A stretch of 60,498 bases of DNA, filler included, from Catajapyx aquilonaris (GCA_000934665.2; 3 parts of 3 records of this genome joined end to end with filler, not necessarily neighbours in it); one strand, 5' to 3'. Positions 12,911-24,717 are shown, counted from the first letter of the whole stretch. The notes: generated by a model from the sequence alone, not told the origin. Made by a program: numbers and translations.

Positions 12911-13075
12911 GGGCATATCATGGCATAGCAGTTAGCACCACAGCCTTCCACCTGAGGTCTTGCTTTCAATCCGTAAGTGGGACAGAGGATAATTATTCTC
13001 TTGTTTCTATTGGATCTTTCATGTTCATGTGGGTTTTCTCAGGGTTCTTCCATTTCCTACCACTATCAAAATTTA
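12911..13075 (+). mobile_element. Degraded tRNA-derived SINE (same family as 18705-18936)
   Basis: Aligns to the reverse complement of 18765-18936 (GTTAG..CCACAGCCTTCCACCT..GGACAGAGGATA..TGGGTTTTCTCAGGGTTCT..CCATTTCCT). Confidence 0.7.
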
Positions 13076-13910
13076 CAGCAGACAGCAAATGATTAAAGTC
13101 GGGTCATCAAAAAGATAATCCACTATCCAGCAACAGGCAGGCTATCATTGGATAACCAATTAGTAATATTATTACTCTTCTTGCAGATAGGTCAACAGGT
13201 AAAATCAGGACTGTAATAAGTCTGACAACTGGTTGTAGATTCTTGAACATTACTTTACCCTCTATGAAATTGTGGATGTGGCTGTAACTTCCAGATCAAC
13301 AATTTTTACTCCAATTTGCTTGTTACACCATCTGAGCTAAACACAAAATAAGATCTCATAACATGTATACCCTTAATGCAACAGTAGCACACACACACTG
13401 CAATGGGGACACCACAGCTTTCTATTTCATATGGACAGGGTATATGACACATGGAGCACCTCGGTATGAGGTACTCGTGAGTGTAAGCAACACTCGAAGT
13501 TATAATTGCTGATGATCATGATTTACAACCAATTATGTGGGTACACCCTGTACTTCATGACAAGCCACACAAATGAACCAGTCCATCATATTTATGACAC
13601 TCTAACTATTCCAACCTGATGATTATATGATGCATTTTTTTAGTAACTCTGCACAGCTGCTGTGCAGTTGCAAACAGGGTGAGTGAAAAAGACATGATCA
13701 TTCATGTTAGATCTCCCCTTGCAGCTGCCATTTTTCCTTCTACATTTCTACACTTCACACTTCCCATCTACAAAAATTGACTAGTTCGAATAAAACTGCA
13801 CTCCCAGAATTCATGCAACATCCTTTTGAATCAGCCATCACCAAAATTCTGATCACTACCACCTGTTGCACCAGTCACATGGAATTTGTGAAACAGCCCT
13901 ACACCCCTAA

Positions 13911-14107
13911 AGGCTGCTTCACAAATCGGCGTTGCGAAAGCGGGGTGTGTGGGCCTTCCGCTCATCGCACGCAGAAAGTCCACCCGGTTGGACGCCAGCG
14001 CAACGCCCGCGCTCGGTTATCGCACGCAGAATTTGTGAAGAGCCCTTTGCAAATTTTCTGTGCTCCGCACGCCCCGCTCGCGCAACACCGAGTTTGTGAA
14101 GCGGCCT
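13911..14107. mobile_element. PIF/Harbinger-type MITE
   Basis: TAA|AGGCTGCTTCACAAA ... TTTGTGAAGCGGCCT|TAA; extra right-end-like copies at ~13882-13900 and ~14028-14046. Confidence 0.75.
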
Positions 14108-14193
14108 TAATTAAAAAATTACTGCTGGTCATCACTAAGTTTGGCTCATGTGACCTACTGCAGTGGTACAATGGCCTAATTTAGTGCCATTTG

Positions 14194-14647
14194 GGCCCAT
14201 ATACATAATGAATTCTCAAATCACAGGGTTGAGTAACCCCATGTCGAAAGCGAGTCAGGGTTGTACCCATAATGTCAGATCCCTATACATAATGAAAAAC
14301 TACTATACTCGACTCAGGGACCACATCTGGCTTTTCCCAGGACCAAATATCATTGTACACCTTCATGGGGTGTCCCTGTCCCTCACAGGCATCCCTATGA
14401 GGTCACACCATGCCTTGTAACCCAGCCTTGACCACATTCAACAGCTATAAAACACTAGTTACAACTTGAATCCTGTCCGCCATATTTGAAGTGGGCATTG
14501 GAGTCAACTCTGCTCCCAGACCAGGATTGACTCCACGTCCAACCCAACTCTGCAATACAAGGTTGAACGGTCATTATGTATAAATGCCACTAAACTCGGA
14601 GTCAACCATGACTCCACCTTCCTAAATCGATTATGTATACAGGCCTT
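14194..14647. mobile_element. Probable degraded PIF/Harbinger-type MITE
   Basis: Left GGGCCCATATACATAATG vs right GATTATGTATACAGGCCT followed by TAA; internal repeats of TATACATAATGA and GGAGTCAAC. Confidence 0.4.
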
Positions 14648-16007
14648 AAGAATCTTCCACCTACACTAACACATTAATATGTTAGTTGAGACATTTATAT
14701 ACATATTTAACAAGATCAAGATATAAAAGTGAGCAGTGCATGTATTTTCAGCTATAGACATAATGGTCATATTTTGCACATATGTCATGCAAGATTTTGA
14801 CCAAATAGTGACCTATTTGAAGTTTTGATGATGAATATAAGGTGCTATTAGCCTATTCGGACAAACACACACAGAATTTTATCCTATCGGGGCGCAGCAG
14901 GTGGTTAGTCTTGACACTTGTCAGGTATGAGTAACGACACAGGTATTTCAGTGCGGAAAGTCTGTTTGACACAAGAAAGCATTAATTTAGTCACTATTAT
15001 TGAATTTTTGCATGGTACGGTGAGCCTCAAGTGGCTGCGCTCCCTACATCCTCGTCCGCAACTAAGCAACTAGTGACCCTTTGTGATCAGGTATGGTCAC
15101 TATATATTAGTGCTATTCCACCATAAAAGCATATTTCTTACCCACAAAATGACTTTGCTGAGCATAATCGGTCGCCATGAGCGGATAGAAGCTGTTACGT
15201 AGTGCCCGAACATCCGTGTATGGTAACATTATGGTAGTCTCACCAGCTTCGTTTGAAACCAGTCAAAATGACCGACAAACGCACCATTGTACACTACACT
15301 CACTTTGGAAAGGGAACTTGCACCGATGTCTGGACACTAGCGCATCCTCAGGCAGACCCATCACCCTGCTTCCGTCTCGAGGTCTCTCAGGCTTCTCCAC
15401 CGACGCAGGGCTACCACGTTGTTACCATGTGCTTTCTGTCACATGTACAATTTACCCTCTGTTGGCTACCGTGATTGCACTACAGTGAATTAAATTTGGA
15501 ACCGTACAACTTTTCTCCTATGCTAAAGCATAGGGGACATGACGTCACGCGGATTCAACCTCACTTTTCTTAACACTATCATACTCGCCGCCAGGAGCAA
15601 ATTTCACTTTTCATTTCTGCCGTTCAAAGTAATTTTATTGGTTCAGTTTAAATGCACCTCATGCAAAAATATTAAAATGTATTTAAAACTAATAACATCA
15701 TGAAAGTCCAAATTGCTGCGTAATTTTTCCTAAAAATTTTTATTAGGCTTCAAAAACTAGGAACAGCCTAACTAGAGGGTGTTTTCGATTTTATTAAAAT
15801 GAACTAGGAGTCGCAATTTTTAAAATATGCGAATTTTACATTGCTCGCACCCGCCGCTTCCCTGGCTGTTCCATGCTGCGGCACCACTCCTGCCCGTAGG
15901 GGGAAATAGCTACACCAGCGCCCCTTGCGATCGATTTTGGCAAAGTTCACATGACCCACCATCTGGCGGCAACTCCAGGGCCAAGGATACCTAATTGTGA
16001 CGACAAT

Positions 16008-16025
16008 TGACGTCATATGACGTCA
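16008..16025. promoter_or_regulatory. Double CRE (TGACGTCA) palindrome upstream of the BARD1-like start
   Basis: TGACGTCATATGACGTCA is a perfect 18-bp palindrome ~170 bp 5' of the ATG at 16193, in a CpG-rich patch. Function untested. Confidence 0.35.
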
Positions 16026-16192
16026 TTCATGATGTAAATTTCCCCACGTGACCACACACGTGACTTTATTACATACGATAAGTGGCCTGTAGCGCTTACA
16101 CCGAAACAGACTGTATGGGAGTAGCCGCCAACTGGTGCGTCATCCTTTGTCTCTGACAGTCGAGTGAGTTGCACATCATCGGGGAATGCAAC

Positions 16193-17230
16193 ATGGCGAC
16201 AGAGGGGAAGGCGTCGCGTGATATGTGGGCTGCAATTTCCAGTCTACGCGAGCAGCTAAAGTGCATATCATGGTAAGATCATGCTAGAATTTTGTTGCTA
16301 ACCTCATTTAAACATAAGTGAGAGTGAGACCTCCAGAGTTTTTCGTGGGGGTTCCAAATGTGTGTGCCACGCCCATATGAATGATCATGATGTCTTCTGA
16401 CATGCAAGGTTTCAAAGTGGCCAGGCACTTGTGCATTGAGGCATTGGAAATGAAATAACGTGTTGCACAAATCAGCACTTTGCGGAAGTTCCAAAGTCAC
16501 TTTAGGTCACATGTCATGGTGAGCGTATTATTGCAGAAGTGCTAAACATTCGATGAGTGGTAACCCTATCATGACCTTATAATTATGTTCCATGCATTTA
16601 TGTCACGAAAGAAGCTCTTGTTTGGCTCATAACTTGTTGATATATCTCAAGTTGGATTAAAGAAAGTGCACCATTATGGTTTTGGTGCTCGATTTACCTA
16701 CCTCCACTTTGCCACTTTGGTGCCTTCCATTGAGAGGGAGGCATTACGGAAAATGTAGGTTAAATGACAGTAAGGATGTACTTTCAGCCACGAAATTCCA
16801 TCAGCACTCTACTTCCTGAAATCAAATGGCAATATATTATGTGATGTCTGCCTACGGCTCCAAAAATCTGTGAGGCCTGATGATGTGCAAAAACATGAAG
16901 TCCTCAGTAACCTCATTCCATTGTATCTGTCATTATGCGATGCACTGGAAAATAATAAGAGGTAAGTATGTTTTTCAATAATGCAATGTGTGCAAGGTTA
17001 GCTCATAATTGTGATGTATTAAATTTAGGATGAATGAGCCAGAAATCAATGATACTTTCCAAGCACCTGCCAGGAAAAGTGGTGCTTCACCATTTGTTTC
17101 ATGCAACAAGACCAATCGTATTGGTGAAGCTAAACAGGCAGATGCTGAACCTACCTGCAGCAGCAAACCTCAAGACCTTGAGAAGCGCAACAAAAAGGGG
17201 GAAACTAAGTTTCATCAAGCAGTTGTGAAG
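16193..17230 (+). CDS. BARD1: BARD1-like protein, 5' part (degenerate RING plus start of first ankyrin repeat); 3'-partial
   Basis: Exons 16193-16272, 16788-16961 and 17029-17230, all GT-AG and phase-compatible. Product MATEGKASRDMWAAISSLREQLKCISC/HEIPSALYFLKSNGNILCDVCLRLQKSVRPDDVQKHEVLSNLIPLYLSLCDALENNK/RMNE...KRNKKGETKFHQAVVK. The helix-CxxC..CxxC-helix layout followed by KRNxxGETxxH matches BARD1. No later exons found before the contig end. Confidence 0.72.
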
Positions 17231-17278
17231 GTCAGTGACATCTGCTTATGATATTCAATTCCCCACTTCCCATATGTA

Positions 17279-18561
17279 CGAGGGTGGATCAAAAAGTTTT
17301 GGGCCTGAGATATTTTCATTCACATGACAATAACCAAATTTGGTCACTTTTCTACGTAGTCCCCTCGTAGCTCAACACACTTTTCCCATCTGTGTTCTAG
17401 TCCTTGGATGCTGAGCAAAAAAATGTTTTGCTCCTACCCCCCCAACTGCAGCTACCAGCTCTTTGTCTCCTCCATATTTCCTCCCACGAAGGTGTTCCTT
17501 CAACTTTGGAAACAAAAAAAAATCGGAGGGGGCCAAGTCTGGTGAATAGGGGGGATGGGGAAGCACCTCGAAGCGACAATCATGAGCTGCGCACTGTGCA
17601 ACACGTGATGAATGTGCAGGTGCATTATCTTGATGCAGCAGCACTCCGCGCCGCAACTTTCCTCGCCTCTTCTCCTTGATGGCTTCCCTCAGCTTCTTCA
17701 AATGGTCAGCATATTAGGTGCCTGTGATCGTCTTCCCATGCTCCAGGTAGTCCACAAGCAACACCCCTTCCGAATCCCAAAAAACACTTGCTAACACCTT
17801 ACCCCCCCATGGTTGCACTCGGAACTTGCGGGGGGGAGGGGAACTGGAATGCCGCCACTCTTTGCTTTGTGCTTTGCTCTCAAGATCATAGTGGTGTAAC
17901 CACGTTTCGTCTTGGGTGACATACTGTGCCAAAAACTTGTCAGGATCAGCTTTGTACCGGGCCAGGGACGTCTTGGAAAGCAGCGCTCGAGTCCTCTTCT
18001 GATCTGGGATCAACATTCTCGGTACCCATTGGGTGCAGACGTTATGGAACGCCAGGGTACCGGTCAATATTGATTGTACAGTATCGTAAGATATGCCCAT
18101 CGACAAAGCTATCTCATGGACAGTCAATCGTCGATTTTCAAGAACCATGTCGTGTAATTGGTCAACTTTTTCTAGGGTGGTTGCAGTGGCAGGGCGATCT
18201 TCGCGGGGGTTGTCTTCGACGTGTTCTCTCCCCAAGCGAAATTGGTGAACCCAGTTCTTAATGGTTGTATAAGGTGGGGCACCATCAGCCAGTGTCGCCT
18301 GCATGTCTTGGAGAATCTGCTTCGGCGTCATACCTTTCTTGCACAGGTATTTGATGACGGCGCGCACCTCCAATTTCTCGATTTTGCTGGTGGCCTCACA
18401 CATGACTGCACTCTCAGGCCTGTAGGTCAGGAATGGATGAAGCAATCTTGATGCAACTTTGCATGGGTCATCATGGTGAGTGACACCTTGTCTGGGTGGC
18501 AGTACATCCCAGTGCGTTGATTCCTTCTACCTCAGGCCCAAAACATTTTGATCTCCCCTCG
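17279..18561 (-). mobile_element. Near full-length mariner (DD34D, irritans-like), inactive
   Basis: TA|CGAGGGTGGATCAAAAAGTTTTGGGCCTGAG ... CTCAGGCCCAAAACATTTTGATCTCCCCTCG|TA, 1283 bp; located in the intron after BARD1-like exon 3. Confidence 0.95.
17372..18403 (-). pseudogene. Mariner transposase pseudogene
   Basis: RAVIKYL, WVPRML, TQDETW, HQDNAPAH and YSPDLAPSDF motifs; in-frame stop at 17714-17716 and a frameshift near the C-terminus (~17440). Confidence 0.92.
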
Positions 18562-18704
18562 TACATTAATAATGTACGTCAGGGAAAATTTTTCTTCTGC
18601 CTGAAAGTGGGAAAAGGGGGAAAAGCCTTCCCAGTGGTGATATCTCATTGGGATATATTTAATTTTAATAATTTAATAATGGATACCCCATGATAGGCCT
18701 CCAT

Positions 18705-18936
18705 GGGCCTTTTAGGGGGATTATCTTTTCATTCACGGACTTGAATCATTTTCCTGCACTGCGATGGGTTTTGATTGTGGGAGGAAATGGGAGAACCCTG
18801 AGAAAACCCATGCGAACACGGAGAGAACCCATCGAAACTCTATCCACATAAGTATCCTCTGTCCGACCCGGGGATCGAACTCGGGACCTCAGAGGTGGAA
18901 GGCTGTGGCACTAACCACTACGCCACCATGCCGCCC
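18705..18936 (-). mobile_element. tRNA-derived SINE with V-domain-like core
   Basis: Minus head GGGCGGCATGGTGGCGTAGTGGTTAG (A box) and GAGTTCGATCC (B box), then GTTCTCTCCGTGTTCGCATGGGTTTTCTCAGGGTTCTCCCATTTCCTCCCACAATCAAAA. The 3' boundary is approximate. Confidence 0.8.
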
Positions 18937-20102
18937 TCCATTGAGAAAGATAATTATCAACTCTTAAGCTTTTATCCACTTTTTTCTTGTAAATTTGCGT
19001 AAGCCTCAGAGGGACCATGTCATGCAATGGGAATTTCAGCTCTGAAGTAATATATGTGTTGGTCTTCCAATTTCTAGTTTCCACCTAAGCAGTTGCATCA
19101 CTTTTATTGAATTGTGTATAGGAGCAGAGGTGAAATACAAACCCTTGCAGAGAGTTCAATGCAGTGGTCTTGACTTATTTTTGAAACATTTAAATACGTA
19201 CTCCTGGTGCCAGATTGATTAGGAAATTCCTTCTTCTCTAGATAATACTTCACGTTCCAATTTTTGTGAATGTTTTTGAAGAAATTTCTAACTTATGAAA
19301 AAACAGTGTTGTATATTTTGCGAGATTTGAAACAGGTAGGTGACCAATAGCAATCCAAGTTTTTAAAAAGTTGCTAATGTTTCTTAAAAGAAATACTAAA
19401 CCCCCAAACAGTTTCATTCAGTAACGTTTTGATTATAATGATGGTAAGGACAGAAAATGGAATGGCCTGGTGTTCATTGGTAGAGAGGCACTTAAGGGAT
19501 GCGGCAATTTCCTGGCGACACTGGTTAACAAATCATGACAAAATCAATATAAATCATATAGTTACAGTTTTTGCGGATAATACAATATAATCAGACCAGT
19601 TAGCACCAAAAATACAAGCACGTACAAACATTAACGGATATCAAATCAAGATGCACGGCAGTGCATCCGCCAAGTCTCAGCCACTTCCACCGCCTCCGAT
19701 CCGACCCGCACTTTAGCCCCTTCTCTCCACCACTCTCTCGTCTCGCGCTGCCGTGTATCTTTACTGGAGCCAACTCGTACTCTACACTTCGGCATTTTCT
19801 AGTTCGGCACAGGAAAATGCTCCAAGTCTGAAATTTTAATACGACGATGGGGCACACCCGGGGACCATACAAATAAATTGTCGTGAAAATTGGACCACTA
19901 GGTCCACAACAGGAGCGGGCCAAAATAGGCGTTTTTTCTTCCCATTCATATATATATAGGGGTGGCGATAATCAAAAAGATTGGCCAGTTCCAGTTATCG
20001 TACAGATCCCAAATTTTGTACAAAAATTGGCCCTCCTCTGAAACCACCAGGAAAAGTCCAAAACCGGAAGTCGGCCATCTCGGGTCCAGACTGCCGCTAT
20101 TC

Positions 20103-20202
20103 NNNNNNNNNNNNNNNNNNNNNNNNNNNNNNNNNNNNNNNNNNNNTTAATTAATTAANNNNNNNNNNNNNNNNNNNNNNNNNNNNNNNNNNNNNNNNNN
20201 NN
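20103..20202. other. Artificial contig spacer
   Basis: N44-TTAATTAATTAA-N44 (stop codons in all six frames), exactly 100 bp. Confidence 0.97.
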
Positions 20203-20369
20203 CCCCTGGTGATACCCCTGGGGCATATGTGGAGGCCTCCGTATGGATCTGTTTAGGTGACAGACATCCAGACATAGGTCTTGAAATATGTATTAGATTA
20301 TTATTAGCACTGCAAGGCCATTTTTCAAGGGTGGTCAGTGCTGGACAAATGGTCGAGTACTGACTGCCG

Positions 20370-20545
20370 CAGAAGAGCACATGGAAGTGATGCAGTACGA
20401 GAAGTGCGAGTAAGAAATGGTAGGCCGTGGGTGACGTCACTGGCTGGGCACAATAGCGTTTTGAGCCTATACCAGTGACATCACCCAGGGCCTACCATTT
20501 CTTACTAGCACGGCTAGTACTTTATCACTTCAATGTGCTCTTCTG
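20370..20545. mobile_element. Palindromic MITE-like element
   Basis: ~75-bp inverted arms CAGAAGAGCACAT..GTAAGAAATGGTAGGCC..GGGTGACGTCACTGG / CCAGTGACATCACCC..GGCCTACCATTTCTTAC..ATGTGCTCTTCTG; no clear TSD. Confidence 0.6.
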
Positions 20546-23088
20546 TCCCCTCGGAAAATGTTGCTCTACCCCGATAATGTTCAACACTGTACTGTACACC
20601 CATCTCCAGATTACAGGTGACTTCCCAAAGCATAAGAATTGATTAACTTTTGATTGTGAAATCTCAAAATAGATTACAGTATTCAAGGCACATCCTTTTG
20701 AAAAGGAAACCCTCAGAGAACCTGTTCATAACTAGGATTCAATTCATTTTAATGCACAAGTTAATCATTGGGAACCACCACAGCAATTATTCACAGTAAA
20801 TATCTGGAAACCTTCACTTCATGAATACTACTGCCTTCATCACATGTGTCCTTGGAGTGCAGTCCCACAAATATTAATGCACTATTTTGCACTGAAATTA
20901 AACCTACCGCTATCTCAAGTCAAATGTCTCTGCAGATCACTATAGACAAGCCTCATATCAGAGCTCTGATTGTCCAGGGTGAGTTTTGAGCAGTGATTCC
21001 TAATCGATACAGCCACAAACACTAATCAGATTGCAGGCATATATGTGCTTGGCAATAAACCTAACATACCCAGCTACTACTCCAAATAAGTTGCCTTCAC
21101 ATTTTGATCCTTCAACTCAAACTGTGTGTGGATGATCCCATTTCCCATCAAGACACGAGGCACCAATATTGAAAGCAGGAGAATAGAACTCACCAATAAG
21201 TGCGGCAGTGTTGGCATCTGAAGTCTCTCGAAGATAACTACGATTGGGCTGGGGGCCGGAGATGAAATGTGATGTCCATCATGTCGGTTGTTGGAGTGTC
21301 TCGGGGAAATGGGTTGTCCATCGCAGCAGCAGTTATGTCTCCATAGATGTTTGAGGCTGCTTCTGCAAAGGGCGAATTGTATTAGATCAAAATGCCAGGC
21401 AACAAGTCACTATGGGATGGGTTTAGGTTCTCTTAGCAGTTAAAAGCACAATTTTGTTATAAACTAAATGGGATATTCCACACCTCCCAAGTTTTCAGGA
21501 CGTGCAAATGTGCTATTTACAGCACTCAAGCACAGGTAGGCTGCACCTTCATGTAATATTTCAGATCAAGCAAGTTGATCAAATGCAACAAATTTGAATT
21601 CGTTGCAAAATAGTCTCATCTTTTTGAGGTACGTACAAATATATTTCTTGATAAGCTCACCTCATGTAAAATTGACCCATGATTCCACACCACCTTAAGA
21701 GCTGCATGGAACCAAAATATATTTATTCTTAATATTGGGGTCAAGGCATTTGACCACACCTACCACTGATTTAAATTTTTATATAATTTTACAGGTCAAT
21801 CAAATCAGGAGCATTTAACACTTGACACAATCATCACTGTCCTCCAGTTTGCCAATTAAATTAAAATTCAATTGAGAATTCTGGAAGGTTCCAAAGTTCT
21901 TGCTGTGGCCATTTCAAATGCAAAAATTGCACATTCTCAACTTTCGAGCCCAGGTTTTCACTATACTCAGAGAACATTATTTTTAAATTAATTAAATTTT
22001 TTTTAACCTGTTGGATTTCATGAAATATTAACGTCCAATAAAAATGATCCTGTCACACGGCAAAATGAAGCCTGGAAGAAATGATTTTTTTTTTTTTTTA
22101 CAATGCCCAATTTGAGTCAAATAATTTGAAACTTAACTAGTTCAATTATAGTGGAACGTACAGCACGGTACGTCATGACTACCCCTTTTGGGGTACAATG
22201 GGCCAGCTCAGGTGCCAGTTTAGGTTAATAATGACTCAGAAAAATTGGGCACATTCTACCATTTCAAATGCGGAAATAAAAAATTTCCCCACATTGTAAT
22301 GGTATAGTTACGCTAAAAGTAACTAGTAGTACGACGAAAATTCCACCCATTGTGAGACACTCACCAGAGTTGTAATGGTGCCCAAAGTGTGCTTCATATG
22401 CTGACAAATGCAGCATTGGATGCGCGGAAACGTCTGCAGTACTCGCGATCTCAAAAGGGGTTTCCAATCAGTGGTGCTCACCTGTGGAAATAAAATGCAA
22501 TATACTATAATACATGCTTATTTGACGTGTATGTATCGTGTTGCAAATGCCCACCCACATAGCTTACCATTGTGCAGACCCGTGCAGCAGTCCTTCTTCG
22601 TTGCAAGTCAAGCAGGGAAATGGTGCACAGTGGCAGTTGCCCCCACCTCCCTGCTGGTGGTTATGTCTTTTATCTACAGCAAAATGTTTCTAGTTCGATG
22701 CAGCTTCGAGCTGCTTCAAGGTCTCCTGACGTCCTTTTGAATTCCCCCACCAATTTTTTTTTTTTGGTCCTCCCTTCCCCCCCCTTCCCTTTTCTTCCCA
22801 CTCCTCCTCCCCCCACCCAATCAAAGAGACCAGTAGCGCCACAGCACGACGGTCCTCCGAACTAACTTTTTTCCTTTATCTTGCTTCTCTGAAAAATGCT
22901 TTGGGTTTGTTGTCTCAAAGGGTAGGACACATGTCGCCTTTTGGGAGGTCAGCATCGCCTTGGAGGTCCAGTTGATGCTGGTAGTGGACACGGGTATGGT
23001 GTTTTGTCCATGGTTGGGTTTGAATCACATTGATCACAAAGCGCTTTGTAGGAACCGCTGGTGGCATGTGAGAGGACCAAGAGGCAGC

Positions 23089-24470
23089 ATGTCTTTGGTT
23101 GCAAAACCACGGGGTGAGCATCTAAATAGTTAAATTATTGAAGAGTACGTTATTACGTGATATGTACAATCGCATAGGTCGAGGCCGTCCTCCGAAGCCT
23201 CGTCCTGCTGCCTGCCTGCACTGCGGAGAGAGCAAGAAGACTCTCCAGTACGTCCTACCCACGCCGACAGGGAAGAAGCCGTTTTGCTCACCCACCTGCC
23301 TCGCGGGATTCAGGAAAGCTACTACTAAGGTGGTAATAACTGCGGTTATGGTCGCATGCAATTCAACTTAATTTTCATGCAGCCAACATGTGTCGAGTGC
23401 AAGTTGATGATTCATGGGCCGTCAGTCCCCCTGGAGCAAAGTGGAGAAACGAAGGAGTTTTGTTCCACCGACTGCCTTGTCAAGTTTCAAAAGTGGGACT
23501 TGGACCCAAAGGATCGGAAGGAGCCTTCACCTGTTGCCAAGCCACCAACCAACCATCAGACGCCATCCAGCCAGTCCCCGAACCACAATGCTGAACCAGT
23601 CAACCTCCAGCCCCGCATCGTTTCTGCACCAATATGCCGGCCTCCGCTTGGCTTACCTGCACAGCCGGTCACAAACCACAGGGGTCGAGGCATGTCTGCC
23701 AACACACGCTTCAGAGGGACAGCCGCTGTGCGTAGCAGGGCACCACATCTGGCGTTACAAAGTAGAAGACTTTTACCAAAGAGTGGTACATTTCCTTTGC
23801 ACTGTTGTTCACTTGCGGATGAACTAATTCCATGGTTTCACTAGGTATCAAGGAGGTGAACGGCCACTCATCCTCAGATGGTTCTGAGCCTGAAGCCAAG
23901 CTGATGAGCAACGAGAGAGAGTCATCACCTGCCATATCAAAGCCCCAGCCAACATCCGCCATCTCTCCTACCCCTGCCGTTGGAAGTACCCTCGCTCGCC
24001 TACTTACCCCTGCTTATACACGATCACCCTCGCCACTTACAGGTCCCACTCCTGTCCCTATCTCCGCTTCTGTCCCTCCAACTGTCCCTGCCGTCACAAA
24101 CTCGTCTCCTGCCATTAATCGCATCCCTTCCAATAATACTGCGCTCGATCTCCAACCGCTCATACGACGACCATGTGGGGATCCGACCGACTGGACTTTC
24201 ATCCAAGTCATAGAGTTCATCAGTTGTGAAGATCCGAGCCTCAAGATTCATTCTGATATCTTCACAAGACACGTATGTTGCTTCTCTTCTCTCTGGTGTG
24301 CTGTCCGCCCAGAAAACATTAACAAGAGGTTATCTTTCCAGGAGATTGACGGGAAGGCTATGCTTCTACTGAGCTCGCAAATGATGATGAAGTACATGGG
24401 GCTCAAACTGGGGCCAGCACTCAAGATATGCAACATCATCAACAAAGTCAGGACCAACAAGAAGTTGTAA
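23089..24470 (+). CDS. Short Scm-like Polycomb paralog: 2 FCS zinc fingers + SAM/SPM, no MBT or SLED (378 aa)
   Basis: Exons 23089-23113, 23178-23329, 23383-23785, 23845-24272, 24342-24470 (1137 nt, open, GT-AG). FCS1 CLHC..LQYVLPTPTGKKPFCSPTC; FCS2 CVEC..KEFCSTDC; SAM W..QVIEFI..H/EIDGKAMLLL..MMMKYMGLKLGPALKIC. All four intron positions are shared with the downstream Scm. Confidence 0.85.
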
Positions 24471-24530
24471 AGAAGAGCGTGCAACAGTGTGTACAGAAAA
24501 GGATCTCAAGATTTTTTGCTCATAACATAT

Positions 24531-24717
24531 GAAGACCTCGTGGGAAGAATGATCCAAGATCAGGCGAAACTGAGATAATCCAATTTTGAAGGCCTCGTTG
24601 TAAATCACGCTTGACCTACGATCATTATTCCACAACCACGACCAAAACCATCATAATTATTCTACACTTGTGAACTTTACGAAAAGTGGACCTTGATCAT
24701 TCTTCCCCCGAGGTCTG
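24531..24717. repeat. Short inverted repeat (possible old MITE or 3' UTR hairpin)
   Basis: AGACCTCGTGGGAAGAATGATC vs GATCATTCTTCCCCCGAGGTCT just downstream of the short Scm-like stop. Confidence 0.4.

Noticed and set aside
6543..18936. tRNA genes at the A/B-box heads (~6750-6820, ~9470-9543, ~11630-11712, ~18865-18936)
   Set aside because: The heads continue into SINE bodies, three of them with clear TSDs; no convincing cloverleaf.
20147..20158. TTAATTAATTAA as a biological motif, and ORFs running into the Ns
   Set aside because: Synthetic six-frame stop linker repeated exactly at 40347-40358.
23089..24470. Calling the FCS+SAM gene polyhomeotic (Ph)
   Set aside because: Its SAM is nearly identical to the adjacent Scm, it has two Scm-type N-terminal FCS fingers and shared introns, and it has no HD1 motif or Q-rich region.
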